Shown: in pieces, positions 1-10,411 of the stretch
Layout: every line of letters starts with the position of its first letter
How positions within the stretch are numbered: position 1 is the first letter of the stretch
Assembly: GCA_902572345.1 (NCBI GenBank)
Contig: CACGEW010000006.1
Location: 15,231 to 79,230, forward strand
DNA length: 64,000 nucleotides
Origin: an uncultured Pelagibacteraceae bacterium
Lineage (GTDB): Bacteria; Pseudomonadota; Alphaproteobacteria; Pelagibacterales; Pelagibacteraceae
Direction: 5' to 3'
Position numbers and translations under genes: made by a program
The notes under the pieces: model-generated
Databases searched by the model: none
Told to the model about the DNA's origin: nothing
The model's input: only the letters and a program-made list of their open reading frames with translations

Positions 1-597
1 TCTATGAGCATCACTACAGTTGCCAATGTTGTATTCATTATAAGTACACAAACAATGTTCCTGGCAATTTTTGGTTACTTTTATTTAAAAGAGAAGGTTT
101 CATTAATAAGTTTCTTCTCAATCGTATTAGCTATGGGAGGCATTACTATAATGGTTGGAGACTCTCTTTCAACTGGCTCCTTCCTAGGAAATATCTTTGC
201 GTTAGCGATTCCAATAAACTTTTCAATATTAGTAATGATCATTAGAAAAAATAAAAATTTAGATATGGTGCCGGCAATTTTTTACTCAGGAATATTTAGC
301 ATAATTTATGGATTAATTCTCTCAGAGTCTTTTGTATTTACAAGCCACGATATTTTAATGGGTTTTTTTCTTGGTGTTCCTCAACTAGCGTTTGGTTTTA
401 TTTGTATTACAATTGGATCAAGAACAACTCCATCAACGACTATTGGTCTGCTTATGTTGACAGAGACACTATTTGCACCTGTATGGGTATGGATATTCTT
501 AAATGAGATACCACCTTTGAGCGTACTTATTGGAGGGTGTATAATAATTACTGCTATCACACTCAAAAGCTTTGATAAAAAAAAAATTAAAGTTTAA
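1..597 (+). CDS. EamA/DMT-family transporter, C-terminal part (5' end lies outside the window)
   Basis: The reading frame is open to base 1. The product is very hydrophobic with several TM segments, typical of drug/metabolite transporter repeats, and 197 aa is too short for a full 10-TM DMT protein. Confidence 0.55.
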   Translation, partial: SMSITTVANVVFIISTQTMFLAIFGYFYLKEKVSLISFFSIVLAMGGITIMVGDSLSTGSFLGNIFALAIPINFSILVMIIRKNKNLDMVPAIFYSGIFSIIYGLILSESFVFTSHDILMGFFLGVPQLAFGFICITIGSRTTPSTTIGLLMLTETLFAPVWVWIFLNEIPPLSVLIGGCIIITAITLKSFDKKKIKV

Positions 598-605
598 ATT
601 ATCTC

Positions 606-1343
606 ATGTCCTTAAGAAAATTTTTTTTTAAAACTAAATTTACTTATAAAATTTACTTGTATTATCACTTATATTTAAGACACAAGGGATTAGTTAAAAA
701 AGAGAGATATTCTCAATGGGGAGAAGATAAGTTTATTTATGATTTTTTTAAGGAGAGGAATAGGGGAGTATATCTCGATATTGGATGTTTTCATCCTTTC
801 TGGTGGAGCAATACCTGCTTGCTTTTCAATAAAGGTTGGGAAGGAATCAATATTGATATTAACTCAACAGCTATTGATTTATTTAAAATCGCAAGACCAA
901 ATGACATAAATTTATGCACTACGATTGATGAAGAGAAAAAAGAATTTAAATATTTCTATGACCATGCGTTTAGTCCAGTAAATACTCTAAATGAGTCATT
1001 TAAAAACTATTTTAAAAATGCATACTATGAAAGATTTAAAGAAGAATGTTTTGTTGACGAACAAACAAAAATTGTAAAATCAAAATCTATTCAAGAAATA
1101 CTCGATATAGCAAAAAAATATCAAAAGATTGACTTTTTAAATATTGATGTTGAGGGCACAGATTTAAAAATGTTAAAACAATTAATGCCTAATAAAGTTA
1201 TTAAACCTGAATTAATATCTATTGAAACTCATCATGCAGATGGATCCGAATCTGAAGATGCGAAAAAAATTAGTGATTTTTTAAGTTCTCTTAATTACCA
1301 AACATATAAAAGGGTAGGTCCAACAACATTATTTAGTAATTAA
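606..1343 (+). CDS. FkbM-family SAM-dependent methyltransferase
   Basis: It has an SQWGED motif near the N-terminus, a DIGCFHP glycine-loop-like motif and an NIDVEGTDLKML motif, all typical of FkbM-type methyltransferases. Confidence 0.55.
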   Translation: MSLRKFFFKTKFTYKIYLYYHLYLRHKGLVKKERYSQWGEDKFIYDFFKERNRGVYLDIGCFHPFWWSNTCLLFNKGWEGINIDINSTAIDLFKIARPNDINLCTTIDEEKKEFKYFYDHAFSPVNTLNESFKNYFKNAYYERFKEECFVDEQTKIVKSKSIQEILDIAKKYQKIDFLNIDVEGTDLKMLKQLMPNKVIKPELISIETHHADGSESEDAKKISDFLSSLNYQTYKRVGPTTLFSN

Positions 1344-1379
1344 TTGCTTTTTTCTTTTAACCATACAACTTGAAACCTG

Positions 1380-1410
1380 TTGACATTTTAAATTTTTCAA
1401 TCATTATAAA
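1380..1410 (+). promoter_or_regulatory. Candidate sigma-70 promoter for the riboswitch-gcvTHP transcript
   Basis: A perfect TTGACA sits at 1380-1385, followed 17-19 nt later by ATTATAAA (1403-1410). The predicted start falls at the 5' edge of the riboswitch P1 stem (1414). Confidence 0.4.
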
Positions 1411-1413
1411 GAT

Positions 1414-1556
1414 GTAACGGGAGAGACCAATTATTTGGCGCCGAAGGAGCAACCACCCCGGAAACTCTCAGGCAAAAGGACCGTTACCATAATAACTCTG
1501 GAAAGCAGGCTCTGGCCTCACCGAAGGATTAAATCTCTCAGGTACAAAGACAGATG
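1414..1556 (+). promoter_or_regulatory. Tandem glycine riboswitch (two aptamers)
   Basis: Aptamer 1 (1414-1487) has a GTAACGG/CCGTTAC P1 stem enclosing GGAGAG...GCGCCGAAGGAGCAA...CTCTCAGGCAAAAGGAC. Aptamer 2 (about 1496-1556) reads CTCTGGAAAG...CACCGAAGGATTAA...CTCTCAGGTACAAAGACAG. Both match the conserved glycine aptamer core. The element is locally GC-rich and sits directly upstream of gcvT. Confidence 0.85.
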
Positions 1557-1575
1557 GGGTTTAAAGAGAGTTATT

Positions 1576-2670
1576 ATGGAAGAACAAAAAACAGCTTTAT
1601 ATAATTACCATAAAAATCTTGGTGCTAAGTTTGTTTCCTTTGCAGGTTATGAAATGCCAATTCAATATAAAGATGGAATTGTTAAAGAACATATTTCAAC
1701 AAGATCATACGCTGGTTTTTTTGATGTTTCTCATATGGGGCAGTTTTTTTTAGAGGGAAACGAAACGTTAGTTGATGCTTTAGAAAAAATTATTCCAGCA
1801 GATCTTAAATCTTTAAAATTAAATCATTCTAAATATTCTTTCCTACTAAACAATGATGGAGGAATTATAGATGATTTAATTATTACGAAAACCTCTAAAG
1901 GATTTTGCATTATTTTAAATGCAGCATGTAAAGAGAACGATGTAAAACAAATCAAAAAATTTTTAAACAAAGATCACAAGTATTTTTTAAATAATGATTT
2001 ATCTTTAATAGCATTACAAGGACCAAAAGCAGTTGAGATTTTAGAAAAACTTGTACCTGGTGTTTCAAATTTAAAGTTTATGACTGGTGATAATTTTAAA
2101 TTTGATAATGAAAACCTATATATAACTAGATCAGGATACACTGGCGAAGATGGTTTTGAAATATCCATTCCTAATAACAAAGTTGAAAAACTTATTTCAT
2201 TTTTTAAAGAAAACAAAGTAAATGCTGTAGGATTAGGAGCCAGAGATACATTAAGACTTGAAGCTGGACTATGTTTATATGGTCACGATTTAAATGAAAA
2301 AATTAATCCAATTGAAGCTAATTTAAAATGGGCAATAGCTAAGAGAAGAAGAGAAGAAGGTGGTTTTAATGGTTGGGATAAAATTAAAAAATTAATTGAA
2401 AATGGTAGTGAAAAAAAAAGAGTTGGTATTTTGCCTGAAGGAAGAGTCATTGCTAGAGAAAATACAAAAATTTTTTCTGAAAGCGGAGAAGAGATTGGAT
2501 TAATAACTAGTGGAACTTTTGGTCCTAGCGTAAACGCACCAGTTGCAATGGGTTATATTAATACAAAATATGCAGAAATTGGAACAAAAATTCAATTAGA
2601 GGTGAGAGGAAAGAAATATGGGGGTAAAGTTTCTGAACTTCCATTTTTTAAGAAGAGTTATGTTAAATAA
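1576..2670 (+). CDS. gcvT: Glycine cleavage system aminomethyltransferase (T protein)
   Basis: The sequence [31 protein letters not shown]...FDVSHMGQ is typical GcvT. I placed the start at the ATG at 1576, downstream of the riboswitch. The tracked ORF start at 1435 reads through the riboswitch. Confidence 0.93.
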   Translation: MEEQKTALYNYHKNLGAKFVSFAGYEMPIQYKDGIVKEHISTRSYAGFFDVSHMGQFFLEGNETLVDALEKIIPADLKSLKLNHSKYSFLLNNDGGIIDDLIITKTSKGFCIILNAACKENDVKQIKKFLNKDHKYFLNNDLSLIALQGPKAVEILEKLVPGVSNLKFMTGDNFKFDNENLYITRSGYTGEDGFEISIPNNKVEKLISFFKENKVNAVGLGARDTLRLEAGLCLYGHDLNEKINPIEANLKWAIAKRRREEGGFNGWDKIKKLIENGSEKKRVGILPEGRVIARENTKIFSESGEEIGLITSGTFGPSVNAPVAMGYINTKYAEIGTKIQLEVRGKKYGGKVSELPFFKKSYVK

Positions 2671-2684
2671 CAAAGGAGCAAAAA

Positions 2685-3065
2685 ATGAGTGAAAAAAAAT
2701 TTTCAAAAAAACATGAGTGGGTTTCACTTGACGGTGATACTGCAACAGTAGGTATTACTAAACATGCTACTGAAATGTTAGGAGACATTGTTTTTGTTGA
2801 AGTTCCTGAATCTGGCAAATCAGTTGAGAAGGATGGCCAAGCTGCTGTCGTTGAGTCCACTAAAGCAGCTAGTGATGTTTATTCTCCAATCTCAGGAGAA
2901 ATTTTAGAAGGGAATAAATCAATAGTTGATGATCCAGGGAATGTAAACTCTGATCCAGAGGGAGCAAGCTGGTTTTTTAAATTAAAAGTAAAAGATAAAT
3001 CTGAATTTGACACATTAATGAATAAATCAGATTACGATAAATTCTGCGCAGAGAACCCTAGCTAA
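2685..3065 (+). CDS. gcvH: Glycine cleavage system H protein (lipoyl carrier)
   Basis: The length is 126 aa and the lipoyl-lysine motif [13 protein letters not shown] is present. It lies between gcvT and gcvP. Confidence 0.93.
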   Translation: MSEKKFSKKHEWVSLDGDTATVGITKHATEMLGDIVFVEVPESGKSVEKDGQAAVVESTKAASDVYSPISGEILEGNKSIVDDPGNVNSDPEGASWFFKLKVKDKSEFDTLMNKSDYDKFCAENPS

Positions 3066-5932
3066 TGATTGACGATAATTCAAAAGAATTTATTAAAAGA
3101 CATATTGGTCCTTCTGAAGAAGAGCAATCTAAGATGTTGAAATACGTTGGACATGAGTCACTCCAAGATCTTATGGAAAATACTGTACCGGAAAAGATCT
3201 TGTTAAAAGAAGAACTTAAAATTGATCAGCCAATGTCAGAAAATGATGCTTTGAAAAAATTAAAATCTATTTCTAAAAAAAATAAGATCTTTAGAAATTT
3301 TATTGGAATGGGATATTATAATTCTATTACACCCAATGTAATATTAAGAAATATTTTAGAAAATCCTGGATGGTATACTTCTTACACACCTTACCAGCCT
3401 GAAGTAGCGCAAGGTCGACTTGAAATGCTACTAAATTTTCAACAATCAATAATCGACTTAACAGGTATGGATATTGCTAATGCCTCTTTATTAGATGAAG
3501 CAACTGCAACAGCAGAAGCAGTAGGATTAAGCCAGAGACTAGATAAGACTGACTCAAAAAAAATATTTATTTCAAGTAATTGCAATCCTCAGACGATTGA
3601 TCTTATTAAAACAAGAACAAATCCTTTTGGTTTAGAACTAATTATAGGAAATGAAAAAACAGAACTTACAAAAATTGATGAAGATTTAATTTGTGGAGTT
3701 CTATCATACCCGGGTACTTTAGGTGAGATAAATGATCCAAGTGAAAGTATTAGTCAAATACATAAAAAAAATGGAAAGGCAATTTTGGTTTGTGATTTAT
3801 TGGCGCTAGCTAGATTAAAAACTCCAGCAGAACTAGGTGCTGACATCGCTGTAGGTAGTGCCCAAAGATTTGGTATCCCAATGGGATATGGTGGTCCGCA
3901 CGCAGCATTTTTCGCAACTAAGGAAGAGTTTAAACGATCAATGCCTGGAAGAATTATAGGTGTATCAAAAGATAAACACGGAAAAAAAGCTTACAGACTT
4001 TCTTTACAGACTAGGGAGCAGCACATTAGAAGAGATAAAGCTACAAGCAACATTTGCACTGCTCAAGCTTTATTAGCTATCATTTCTGCTGCTTTTGCAA
4101 TTTATCATGGACCAGAAGGAATATTAAAAATAGCTAATAGAACTTCTAAATTAGCTAAAATTTTTGCTGATAATATTAAAGCTGGTGGTTACAATATTTT
4201 ATCAAATCATTTCTTCGATACCGTTACGATTAAAACTAATAAAAAAACAAATTCTATTTATGATGCTGCATTAAAAGAAAATATTAATTTAAGAAAAGTT
4301 GATGAGGAACATTTATCTGTTGCTTTTGACGAAGCAAAAAAACTTGATGACGTTAATATATTATTAAAAATATTTGGAATTTCTAAAATAATAAAACAAG
4401 ACGTTAAGGTAGAGCTAGATAATCTTCCAAAAAATCTATTAAGAACTTCAAAATACTTAACTCATCCAGTTTTTAACAAATATCATTCTGAAACTGAAAT
4501 GCTCAGATATTTAAAGAAACTCGAAGATTGTGATATTGCTCTAAATAGGTCAATGATAGCTTTAGGATCTTGTACGATGAAACTCAATGCAACAGCTGAG
4601 TTAATTCCTATTACTTGGAAAGAGTTTTCACTTCCACATCCTTTCGTCCCTACAAATCAAATGGAAGGATACAAAATTCTCTTTAATGATTTAATAAATG
4701 ATTTAAAAGAAATTACAGGATATGACGCAGTCTCTTTGCAGCCTAACTCTGGGGCCCAAGGAGAATATGCAGGTCTTATGACAATAAGAAAATTCCATAA
4801 GAATAATAAACAAGAAAATCGTAACGTTTGTCTTATCCCAGATTCAGCTCATGGAACTAATCCAGCCAGTGCTCAAATGTGTGGGATGAAAGTGGTTGTT
4901 GTCAATTGTGACGATGATGGAAACGTTGACATAGACGATCTTAAAAATAAAGCTGAAAAATACTCAAAAGATTTAGCTGCATTAATGGTTACATATCCCT
5001 CTACTCACGGAGTATTTGAGGAAAAAATCATTGAAATTTGTGATGTTATTCATAAGCACGGTGGGCAAGTTTATATGGATGGAGCTAATTTAAACGCACT
5101 TGTGGGTATTGCCAAACCGGGAAAATTTGGACCTGATGTTTGCCATATTAATTTACATAAAACATTCTGCATACCTCACGGTGGTGGCGGACCAGGAATG
5201 GGCCCAATTGCTTGCGCTAAGCATTTAGCTGATTTTTTACCGACACATGAAATCATTAAAGAAGCTGGTCCTAAGAATGGAATGGGAGCTGTCTCAGCCG
5301 CTCCTTGGGGAAGCTCAAGTATACTACCAATATCTTGGATGTATATTAAGATGATGGGTGCGGAAGGGTTGAAAAAAGCTTCACAAGTTTCAATATTAAA
5401 CGCTAATTACATTTCAAAAAAATTATCTAAAGATTATAAAGTTCTTTATACTGGCAAGAATGGCAATGTCGCGCACGAATGCATAATTGATATTCGTCCA
5501 ATTAAAGCAAGCTCAGGGATCTCGGAAGAGGATCTAGCAAAAAGATTAATTGATTTTGGTTACCACGCACCAACTATGTCATGGCCTGTTGCTGGTACAA
5601 TTATGATTGAGCCAACAGAAAGTGAAAATTTAGAGGAAATAGATAAATTTTGTAATGCATTCATTAAAATTAAAAAAGAAATTAATCTGGTTGAATCGTC
5701 TAAATTTGACAAAATAGACAATCCACTTAAAAATGCTCCTCATACATATGTTGAACTAGCTTCAACCGAGTGGAAACATGCTTATTCAAGAGAAGAGGCA
5801 GCTTTTCCAACTGAATACGTAAAAAATAATAAATATTGGGCTCCTGTAGCAAGAGTAGACAATGTATACGGTGATCGTAATCTTGTATGTTCATGTCCTT
5901 CTATGGATGAATATAAAGATGAAGCTGCATAA
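3065..5932 (+). CDS. gcvP: Glycine dehydrogenase (decarboxylating), single-chain P protein
   Basis: The 955-aa product has motifs PGWYTSYTPYQPEVAQGRLE and NLHKTFCIPHGGGGPG (PLP lysine region). Its start overlaps the gcvH stop (ATGA-type overlap). Confidence 0.95.
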   Translation: MIDDNSKEFIKRHIGPSEEEQSKMLKYVGHESLQDLMENTVPEKILLKEELKIDQPMSENDALKKLKSISKKNKIFRNFIGMGYYNSITPNVILRNILENPGWYTSYTPYQPEVAQGRLEMLLNFQQSIIDLTGMDIANASLLDEATATAEAVGLSQRLDKTDSKKIFISSNCNPQTIDLIKTRTNPFGLELIIGNEKTELTKIDEDLICGVLSYPGTLGEINDPSESISQIHKKNGKAILVCDLLALARLKTPAELGADIAVGSAQRFGIPMGYGGPHAAFFATKEEFKRSMPGRIIGVSKDKHGKKAYRLSLQTREQHIRRDKATSNICTAQALLAIISAAFAIYHGPEGILKIANRTSKLAKIFADNIKAGGYNILSNHFFDTVTIKTNKKTNSIYDAALKENINLRKVDEEHLSVAFDEAKKLDDVNILLKIFGISKIIKQDVKVELDNLPKNLLRTSKYLTHPVFNKYHSETEMLRYLKKLEDCDIALNRSMIALGSCTMKLNATAELIPITWKEFSLPHPFVPTNQMEGYKILFNDLINDLKEITGYDAVSLQPNSGAQGEYAGLMTIRKFHKNNKQENRNVCLIPDSAHGTNPASAQMCGMKVVVVNCDDDGNVDIDDLKNKAEKYSKDLAALMVTYPSTHGVFEEKIIEICDVIHKHGGQVYMDGANLNALVGIAKPGKFGPDVCHINLHKTFCIPHGGGGPGMGPIACAKHLADFLPTHEIIKEAGPKNGMGAVSAAPWGSSSILPISWMYIKMMGAEGLKKASQVSILNANYISKKLSKDYKVLYTGKNGNVAHECIIDIRPIKASSGISEEDLAKRLIDFGYHAPTMSWPVAGTIMIEPTESENLEEIDKFCNAFIKIKKEINLVESSKFDKIDNPLKNAPHTYVELASTEWKHAYSREEAAFPTEYVKNNKYWAPVARVDNVYGDRNLVCSCPSMDEYKDEAA

Positions 5933-5941
5933 GTATAAATA

Positions 5942-7168
5942 ATGAAAATTGCAGTAATTGGTTCAGGGATTTCAGGTCTCTCCGCAGCATATTATCTTTC
6001 GAAAAAACATAAAGTTGATTTATTTGAACAAGACGATCATTTTGGAGGACATTCTTATACTTGTGATATTAAAGAAGATAATAAAGTTACACCAGTTGAT
6101 ATAGGATTCATTGTTTTTAATGAATTAACTTATCCAAACTTAATAAAATTTTTTAAGGAATTAAATGTTCCGTTTGAAAAAAGCAACATGTCCTTCGCTG
6201 TTTCTATTAAAAACACAAATGTAGAATATGGTGGAAGCAATTTTAACGCAATATTTGCAAACAAAAAAAACTTGTTCAATATTAAATTTTTAAAAATGAT
6301 TAATGAAATAATTAGTTTTTACAAAAAAGCTCCATTACTTCTTAGCCAAAATATTACTGAAGAAACATTAGGCGGATATTTAAATAAATCAAAATTATCA
6401 AATTACTTTATTGAGTACCATATTATTCCAATGGTAGCAGCTATATGGTCTATGCCCTTTGAAAAAGCAAAAGATATGCCTTTAAAGCTTTTTTTAAATT
6501 TTTTTATAAATCATGGATTATTCAAATTAAAAGATAGACCACAATGGTACACAGTTACTAATCGTAGCAGAACCTATGTAAATAAAATCCTCAACAAAAT
6601 AAGTGGTGAAGTTTTTAAAAATTATCAAGTTAACAAAATTGTAAGAAGTGAAAATAATGTGAGGGTTTCAATTGTTAATGAGTACATAGATTATGATCAT
6701 GTAGTTTTAGCTTCTCACGCAGACCAAAGCCTTAAAATGATAGACAATCCAACTAAAGAAGAAAAAGAGATTTTATCAAAATTTTCATACGTTTCTAATA
6801 ATGCTTATTTACATTTAGATAAAAATTTAATGCCTCAAAGAAAATCTGCATGGTCAAGTTGGAATTCAATTACAAAAGAAAATAAAACATGTGTAACATA
6901 TTGGCTTAATAAATTACAAAATCTTAAGACTGAAAAAAATTATTTCTTAACTTTAAATCCTGTAGAAAAAATTAATGAGGAATACATTATAAAAAAAGTA
7001 AACTTTACACACCCATATTTTAACAACGAGAATGTAACTTTACAAAAAGATTTGCACTCTCTCCAAGGTAAAAAAAGGACATGGTTTTGTGGAAGTTATT
7101 TTGGTTACGGATTTCATGAAGATGGTTTAAAATCCTCAATAAAGCTATTAGAAAAATTTTTAAATTAA
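5942..7168 (+). CDS. FAD/NAD(P)-binding amine-oxidase-like oxidoreductase
   Basis: The N-terminus carries a dinucleotide fold, KIAVIGSGISGLSAAYYL...FEQDDHFGGH. The gene heads the conserved oxidoreductase-DUF1365-CFA synthase block. Confidence 0.7.
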   Translation: MKIAVIGSGISGLSAAYYLSKKHKVDLFEQDDHFGGHSYTCDIKEDNKVTPVDIGFIVFNELTYPNLIKFFKELNVPFEKSNMSFAVSIKNTNVEYGGSNFNAIFANKKNLFNIKFLKMINEIISFYKKAPLLLSQNITEETLGGYLNKSKLSNYFIEYHIIPMVAAIWSMPFEKAKDMPLKLFLNFFINHGLFKLKDRPQWYTVTNRSRTYVNKILNKISGEVFKNYQVNKIVRSENNVRVSIVNEYIDYDHVVLASHADQSLKMIDNPTKEEKEILSKFSYVSNNAYLHLDKNLMPQRKSAWSSWNSITKENKTCVTYWLNKLQNLKTEKNYFLTLNPVEKINEEYIIKKVNFTHPYFNNENVTLQKDLHSLQGKKRTWFCGSYFGYGFHEDGLKSSIKLLEKFLN

Positions 7169-7926
7169 TGAATTCTTGTATATACAATGGTCTCGTAACT
7201 CATCATAGATTTAAACCTGTCAAACACGAATTAAAATATAAAACTTTTTCTTTATTAATCGATTTAGATGAACTTGAGTTACTAGATGCAAAAATAAGCA
7301 TCTTCTCTTTTAACAAATTTAATGTTTTTAGTTTTTACAATAAAGATCATGGAGCAAGAGACGGAAGTTTTTTGAAAGAGTGGGTTATTAAAAATTTAAA
7401 AAAATTTAATATTAGCAATCAAATTACAAATATAAAATTGCTTTGCTATCCAAGAATTTTTGGATATGTTTTTAATCCTCTCAGTATATTTTATTGTTAC
7501 GAGAAAGAAAATTTAAGGGCGATATTTTATGAGGTGAAAAATACATTTAATGAACAACATACATATATTTTTAAAGTTACTAAGAATGAGAAAATAGAGC
7601 AAAAATGTAAAAAAAAGTTTTACGTATCTCCATTTATGGATATGAACACATATTATAATTTTAAACTTTTAAATCCTAATGAGAGGCTTTCAGTATTTAT
7701 CAAGCAAACAGATAATTCAGGGACAGTTCTTACTGCAACCCAAGTAGGTGACAAAAAAGAATTTTCATTCAAGCAGTTACTAATAAATTTTTTTAAATAT
7801 CCACTAATGACGTTCAAGATCATAAGCTCGATACATTTTGAAGCATTTTTATTATGGAAAAAAGGAGCAATATACAGAGGGAGAGAAAAAAAAATTATTA
7901 ATAATTTAAGTTACGAAGAAAATTAA
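7168..7926 (+). CDS. DUF1365 family protein
   Basis: The N-terminus CIYNGLVTHHRFKPVKHELKYKTFSLLIDLDEL is characteristic of DUF1365. It is translationally coupled to both neighbours. Confidence 0.65.
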   Translation: MNSCIYNGLVTHHRFKPVKHELKYKTFSLLIDLDELELLDAKISIFSFNKFNVFSFYNKDHGARDGSFLKEWVIKNLKKFNISNQITNIKLLCYPRIFGYVFNPLSIFYCYEKENLRAIFYEVKNTFNEQHTYIFKVTKNEKIEQKCKKKFYVSPFMDMNTYYNFKLLNPNERLSVFIKQTDNSGTVLTATQVGDKKEFSFKQLLINFFKYPLMTFKIISSIHFEAFLLWKKGAIYRGREKKIINNLSYEEN

Positions 7927-9108
7927 ATGAGCCTATTCAAAATTTCAGAAAAAATTGTCCTAAATAAACTTAAAAAAATAGAATTTGGAAGTTTAAAACT
8001 AATTAATTATGATGGACAGGTTTTTCACTTTGGAAATTTAGAAAACGATCTCACAGCTGATATAAAGATAAACAATGAAAAATTTTACTTCAATATAATT
8101 ATTGGTGGAAGTTCTGCATTAGGTGAAGCACACATGAGTAAAGATTTTTACTCTACTAATCTCACCAATCTTATTGAGTTGACAGCAAGGAATATAAAAT
8201 TAGTCCATTCATTTTCAGGGAGTCTAAGAATTCAAAAAATTAAAAATTTTATAAAAAAAATTTTTGCTTCTAACACCAAGTCAAAAAGTCTAAAATATAT
8301 TTCTAAACATTATGATTTAGGAAACAGTTTTTTTTCTAAATGGTTAGACAAATCTCTCACATACTCTAGTGCAGTTTACGAAAATCCTAATGATAACTTG
8401 GAAAAAGCTCAAAAAAATAAATATCAAAAACTAATTAATTTATTGGATGTTAAAGATGGTAATAAAGTTTTAGAAATAGGTTGCGGCTGGGGAGGTTTTT
8501 CTGAATATTTAGCTAAAAACTATAATGTTACTATTGATTGCATAACCATATCTAAAAAACAATTCGAGTTTACAAAAGATAGAATTAACGATGCAGGTTT
8601 AAATAACAAAGTTAATGTAATGTTTTTAGATTATAGAGATCTGAAAGAAAAATATGACAGAATTGCTTCAATTGAGATGATAGAAGCTGTAGGTGAAAAA
8701 TATTTAGATAAATATTTTGAGACAATTAAAAGATCTCTAAACGTAAATGGAGCAGCTGCAATACAAGGAATAACTATAAGAGACGACTTATTTGAAAGGT
8801 ATAGAAGTAGTGAAGATTTTATTCAAAAGTATATTTTTCCAGGTGGATTTTTGCCTTCACTCGGTTTTATGAAATCATTAATTAAAAAAAATAATTTAAA
8901 TCTTTTAAAAGTTAATTCTTATCCAGATGACTATGCTAAGACTCTAGCAACATGGAGAGAAAATTTTCTTAAAGTTTGGAGCAATATTGCTCCATTAGGT
9001 TTTGATGAAACTTTCAAGAGAATGTGGGAATTTTATCTCTCTTATTGCGAAGCAGGATTTAAATCAAAAAACATCGACTTGATTCAATTTTCGATGTCGA
9101 ATAAGTAA
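7927..9108 (+). CDS. cfa: Cyclopropane-fatty-acyl-phospholipid synthase family methyltransferase
   Basis: It has the SAM motif VLEIGCGWGGF, an IASIEMIEAVG motif and the C-terminal FKRMWEFYLSYCEAGF motif typical of the CFA/mycolic acid synthase family. Confidence 0.75.
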   Translation: MSLFKISEKIVLNKLKKIEFGSLKLINYDGQVFHFGNLENDLTADIKINNEKFYFNIIIGGSSALGEAHMSKDFYSTNLTNLIELTARNIKLVHSFSGSLRIQKIKNFIKKIFASNTKSKSLKYISKHYDLGNSFFSKWLDKSLTYSSAVYENPNDNLEKAQKNKYQKLINLLDVKDGNKVLEIGCGWGGFSEYLAKNYNVTIDCITISKKQFEFTKDRINDAGLNNKVNVMFLDYRDLKEKYDRIASIEMIEAVGEKYLDKYFETIKRSLNVNGAAAIQGITIRDDLFERYRSSEDFIQKYIFPGGFLPSLGFMKSLIKKNNLNLLKVNSYPDDYAKTLATWRENFLKVWSNIAPLGFDETFKRMWEFYLSYCEAGFKSKNIDLIQFSMSNK

Positions 9109-9113
9109 GTATA

Positions 9114-9638
9114 ATGAAAAAATTAATAGGAATTTTTACTTTATTAATATTAACAGGATGTGCAAATAAAATGAAACCAACAGATTTTAAAGATCAAAAA
9201 CCAAGATTAATAATTGAAGATTATTTATCGGGAAATGTAAAAGCCTGGGGTGTTCTTCAAAATAGATCAGGAAAAGTAACAAGACAATTTAAAGCTGATC
9301 TAGATGGCAAATGGGACGGTTCACAATTAATTTTAGACGAGGTTTTTAATTGGACTGATGGAGAAAAACAAACTCGTCAATGGACAATTACTAAAATAGA
9401 CGAACATAACTATGAAGGCACAGCATCAGATGTAGTCGGTAAAGCTAAAGGATACTCTTATGGTCCAGCATTTAAATTTGAATATGTTCTATTAGTTCCA
9501 GTTAAAGGAAAGAATATAAAAATTACTTTTGATGACTGGATATTTATGCAAGACGAACGAGTTGCAATTAATAGAGCCACAATGACAAAATTTGGTATAA
9601 AAGTTGCTGAGTTGACTGTGATGTTTGTTAAAGATTAA
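9114..9638 (+). CDS. DUF3833 family lipoprotein
   Basis: A lipobox LLILTGC is present. The pattern DFKDQKPRLIIEDYLSGNVKAWGVLQNRSGKVTRQF matches DUF3833, and the gene follows cfa as in the conserved cluster. Confidence 0.6.
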   Translation: MKKLIGIFTLLILTGCANKMKPTDFKDQKPRLIIEDYLSGNVKAWGVLQNRSGKVTRQFKADLDGKWDGSQLILDEVFNWTDGEKQTRQWTITKIDEHNYEGTASDVVGKAKGYSYGPAFKFEYVLLVPVKGKNIKITFDDWIFMQDERVAINRATMTKFGIKVAELTVMFVKD

Positions 9639-10387
9639 CGCTTAACTAATTTATCAACTAAAAATAAATAAATTTTGTAAGGTAAAATTCTTAAAAATTT
9701 AAGAGTAAATGTTAATTGTTTTGGAAAATCTATCTCAAAAGAATTAGTTTTAACTAACCCATCATACACTTTGTCCGCAGCAAATTCAGGAGATCTTAAA
9801 AAGGGCATAGGAAATTCATTCTTTTCTGTTAAAGGAGTTTTTATGAAACCCGGTGATACTACTGAAACTTTTACATTGTGTTTTTTAAAGTCAAAATAGA
9901 TGCTTTCAGCAAAATTAGTTAAAGCAGCTTTAGATGGTCCATAACCACTCGAATTTGGCAATCCTCTATACCCTGCAATTGAAGATACAATTGAGATATG
10001 TCCTTTTTTTTCTTTTTTAAAATATTCTTCAACGGACTTAACGCAATTTAGAGTTCCAAAATAATTTACATTCATCACAAATTTATTTTGTTCAATATTA
10101 ATTTCTTGTTCTTTTTTAGGATCATAAGTTCCACTACACAAAAAACAAATATCTATATTTCCAAATTGATTCAATATTTTATCGAATGTGTTTTTGCAAT
10201 TATCAAAGTTAGTTACATCTAAAGGAAATGAAAAAATATTTTCATTTTTTGACATTTCATTGAGTATTTCCTCTCTTCTTGCAGACACTGCTACTTTCCA
10301 ACCTTCTTTTGCAAATTTTTCAGCAACCGCTCTGCCAATACCACTACTTGCTCCAGTAACCCAAATTTTTTTCTGATTTTCAGACAT
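9635..10387 (-). CDS. Short-chain dehydrogenase/reductase (SDR)
   Basis: It has a TGASSGIG cofactor motif, the YGPSKAA catalytic motif, and a length of 250 aa. Confidence 0.8.
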   Translation of the reverse strand: MSENQKKIWVTGASSGIGRAVAEKFAKEGWKVAVSARREEILNEMSKNENIFSFPLDVTNFDNCKNTFDKILNQFGNIDICFLCSGTYDPKKEQEINIEQNKFVMNVNYFGTLNCVKSVEEYFKKEKKGHISIVSSIAGYRGLPNSSGYGPSKAALTNFAESIYFDFKKHNVKVSVVSPGFIKTPLTEKNEFPMPFLRSPEFAADKVYDGLVKTNSFEIDFPKQLTFTLKFLRILPYKIYLFLVDKLVKR

Positions 10388-10411
10388 AAATTAGTTATAT
10401 CTTATAAAGTT

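Noticed and set aside
1435-1575. The N-terminal 47 codons of the tracked gcvT ORF (MAPKEQPPRKLSGKRTV...)
   Set aside because: This stretch coincides with the glycine riboswitch aptamers. Its composition is Pro/Arg-rich and atypical, and the conserved GcvT sequence begins at the ATG at 1576.
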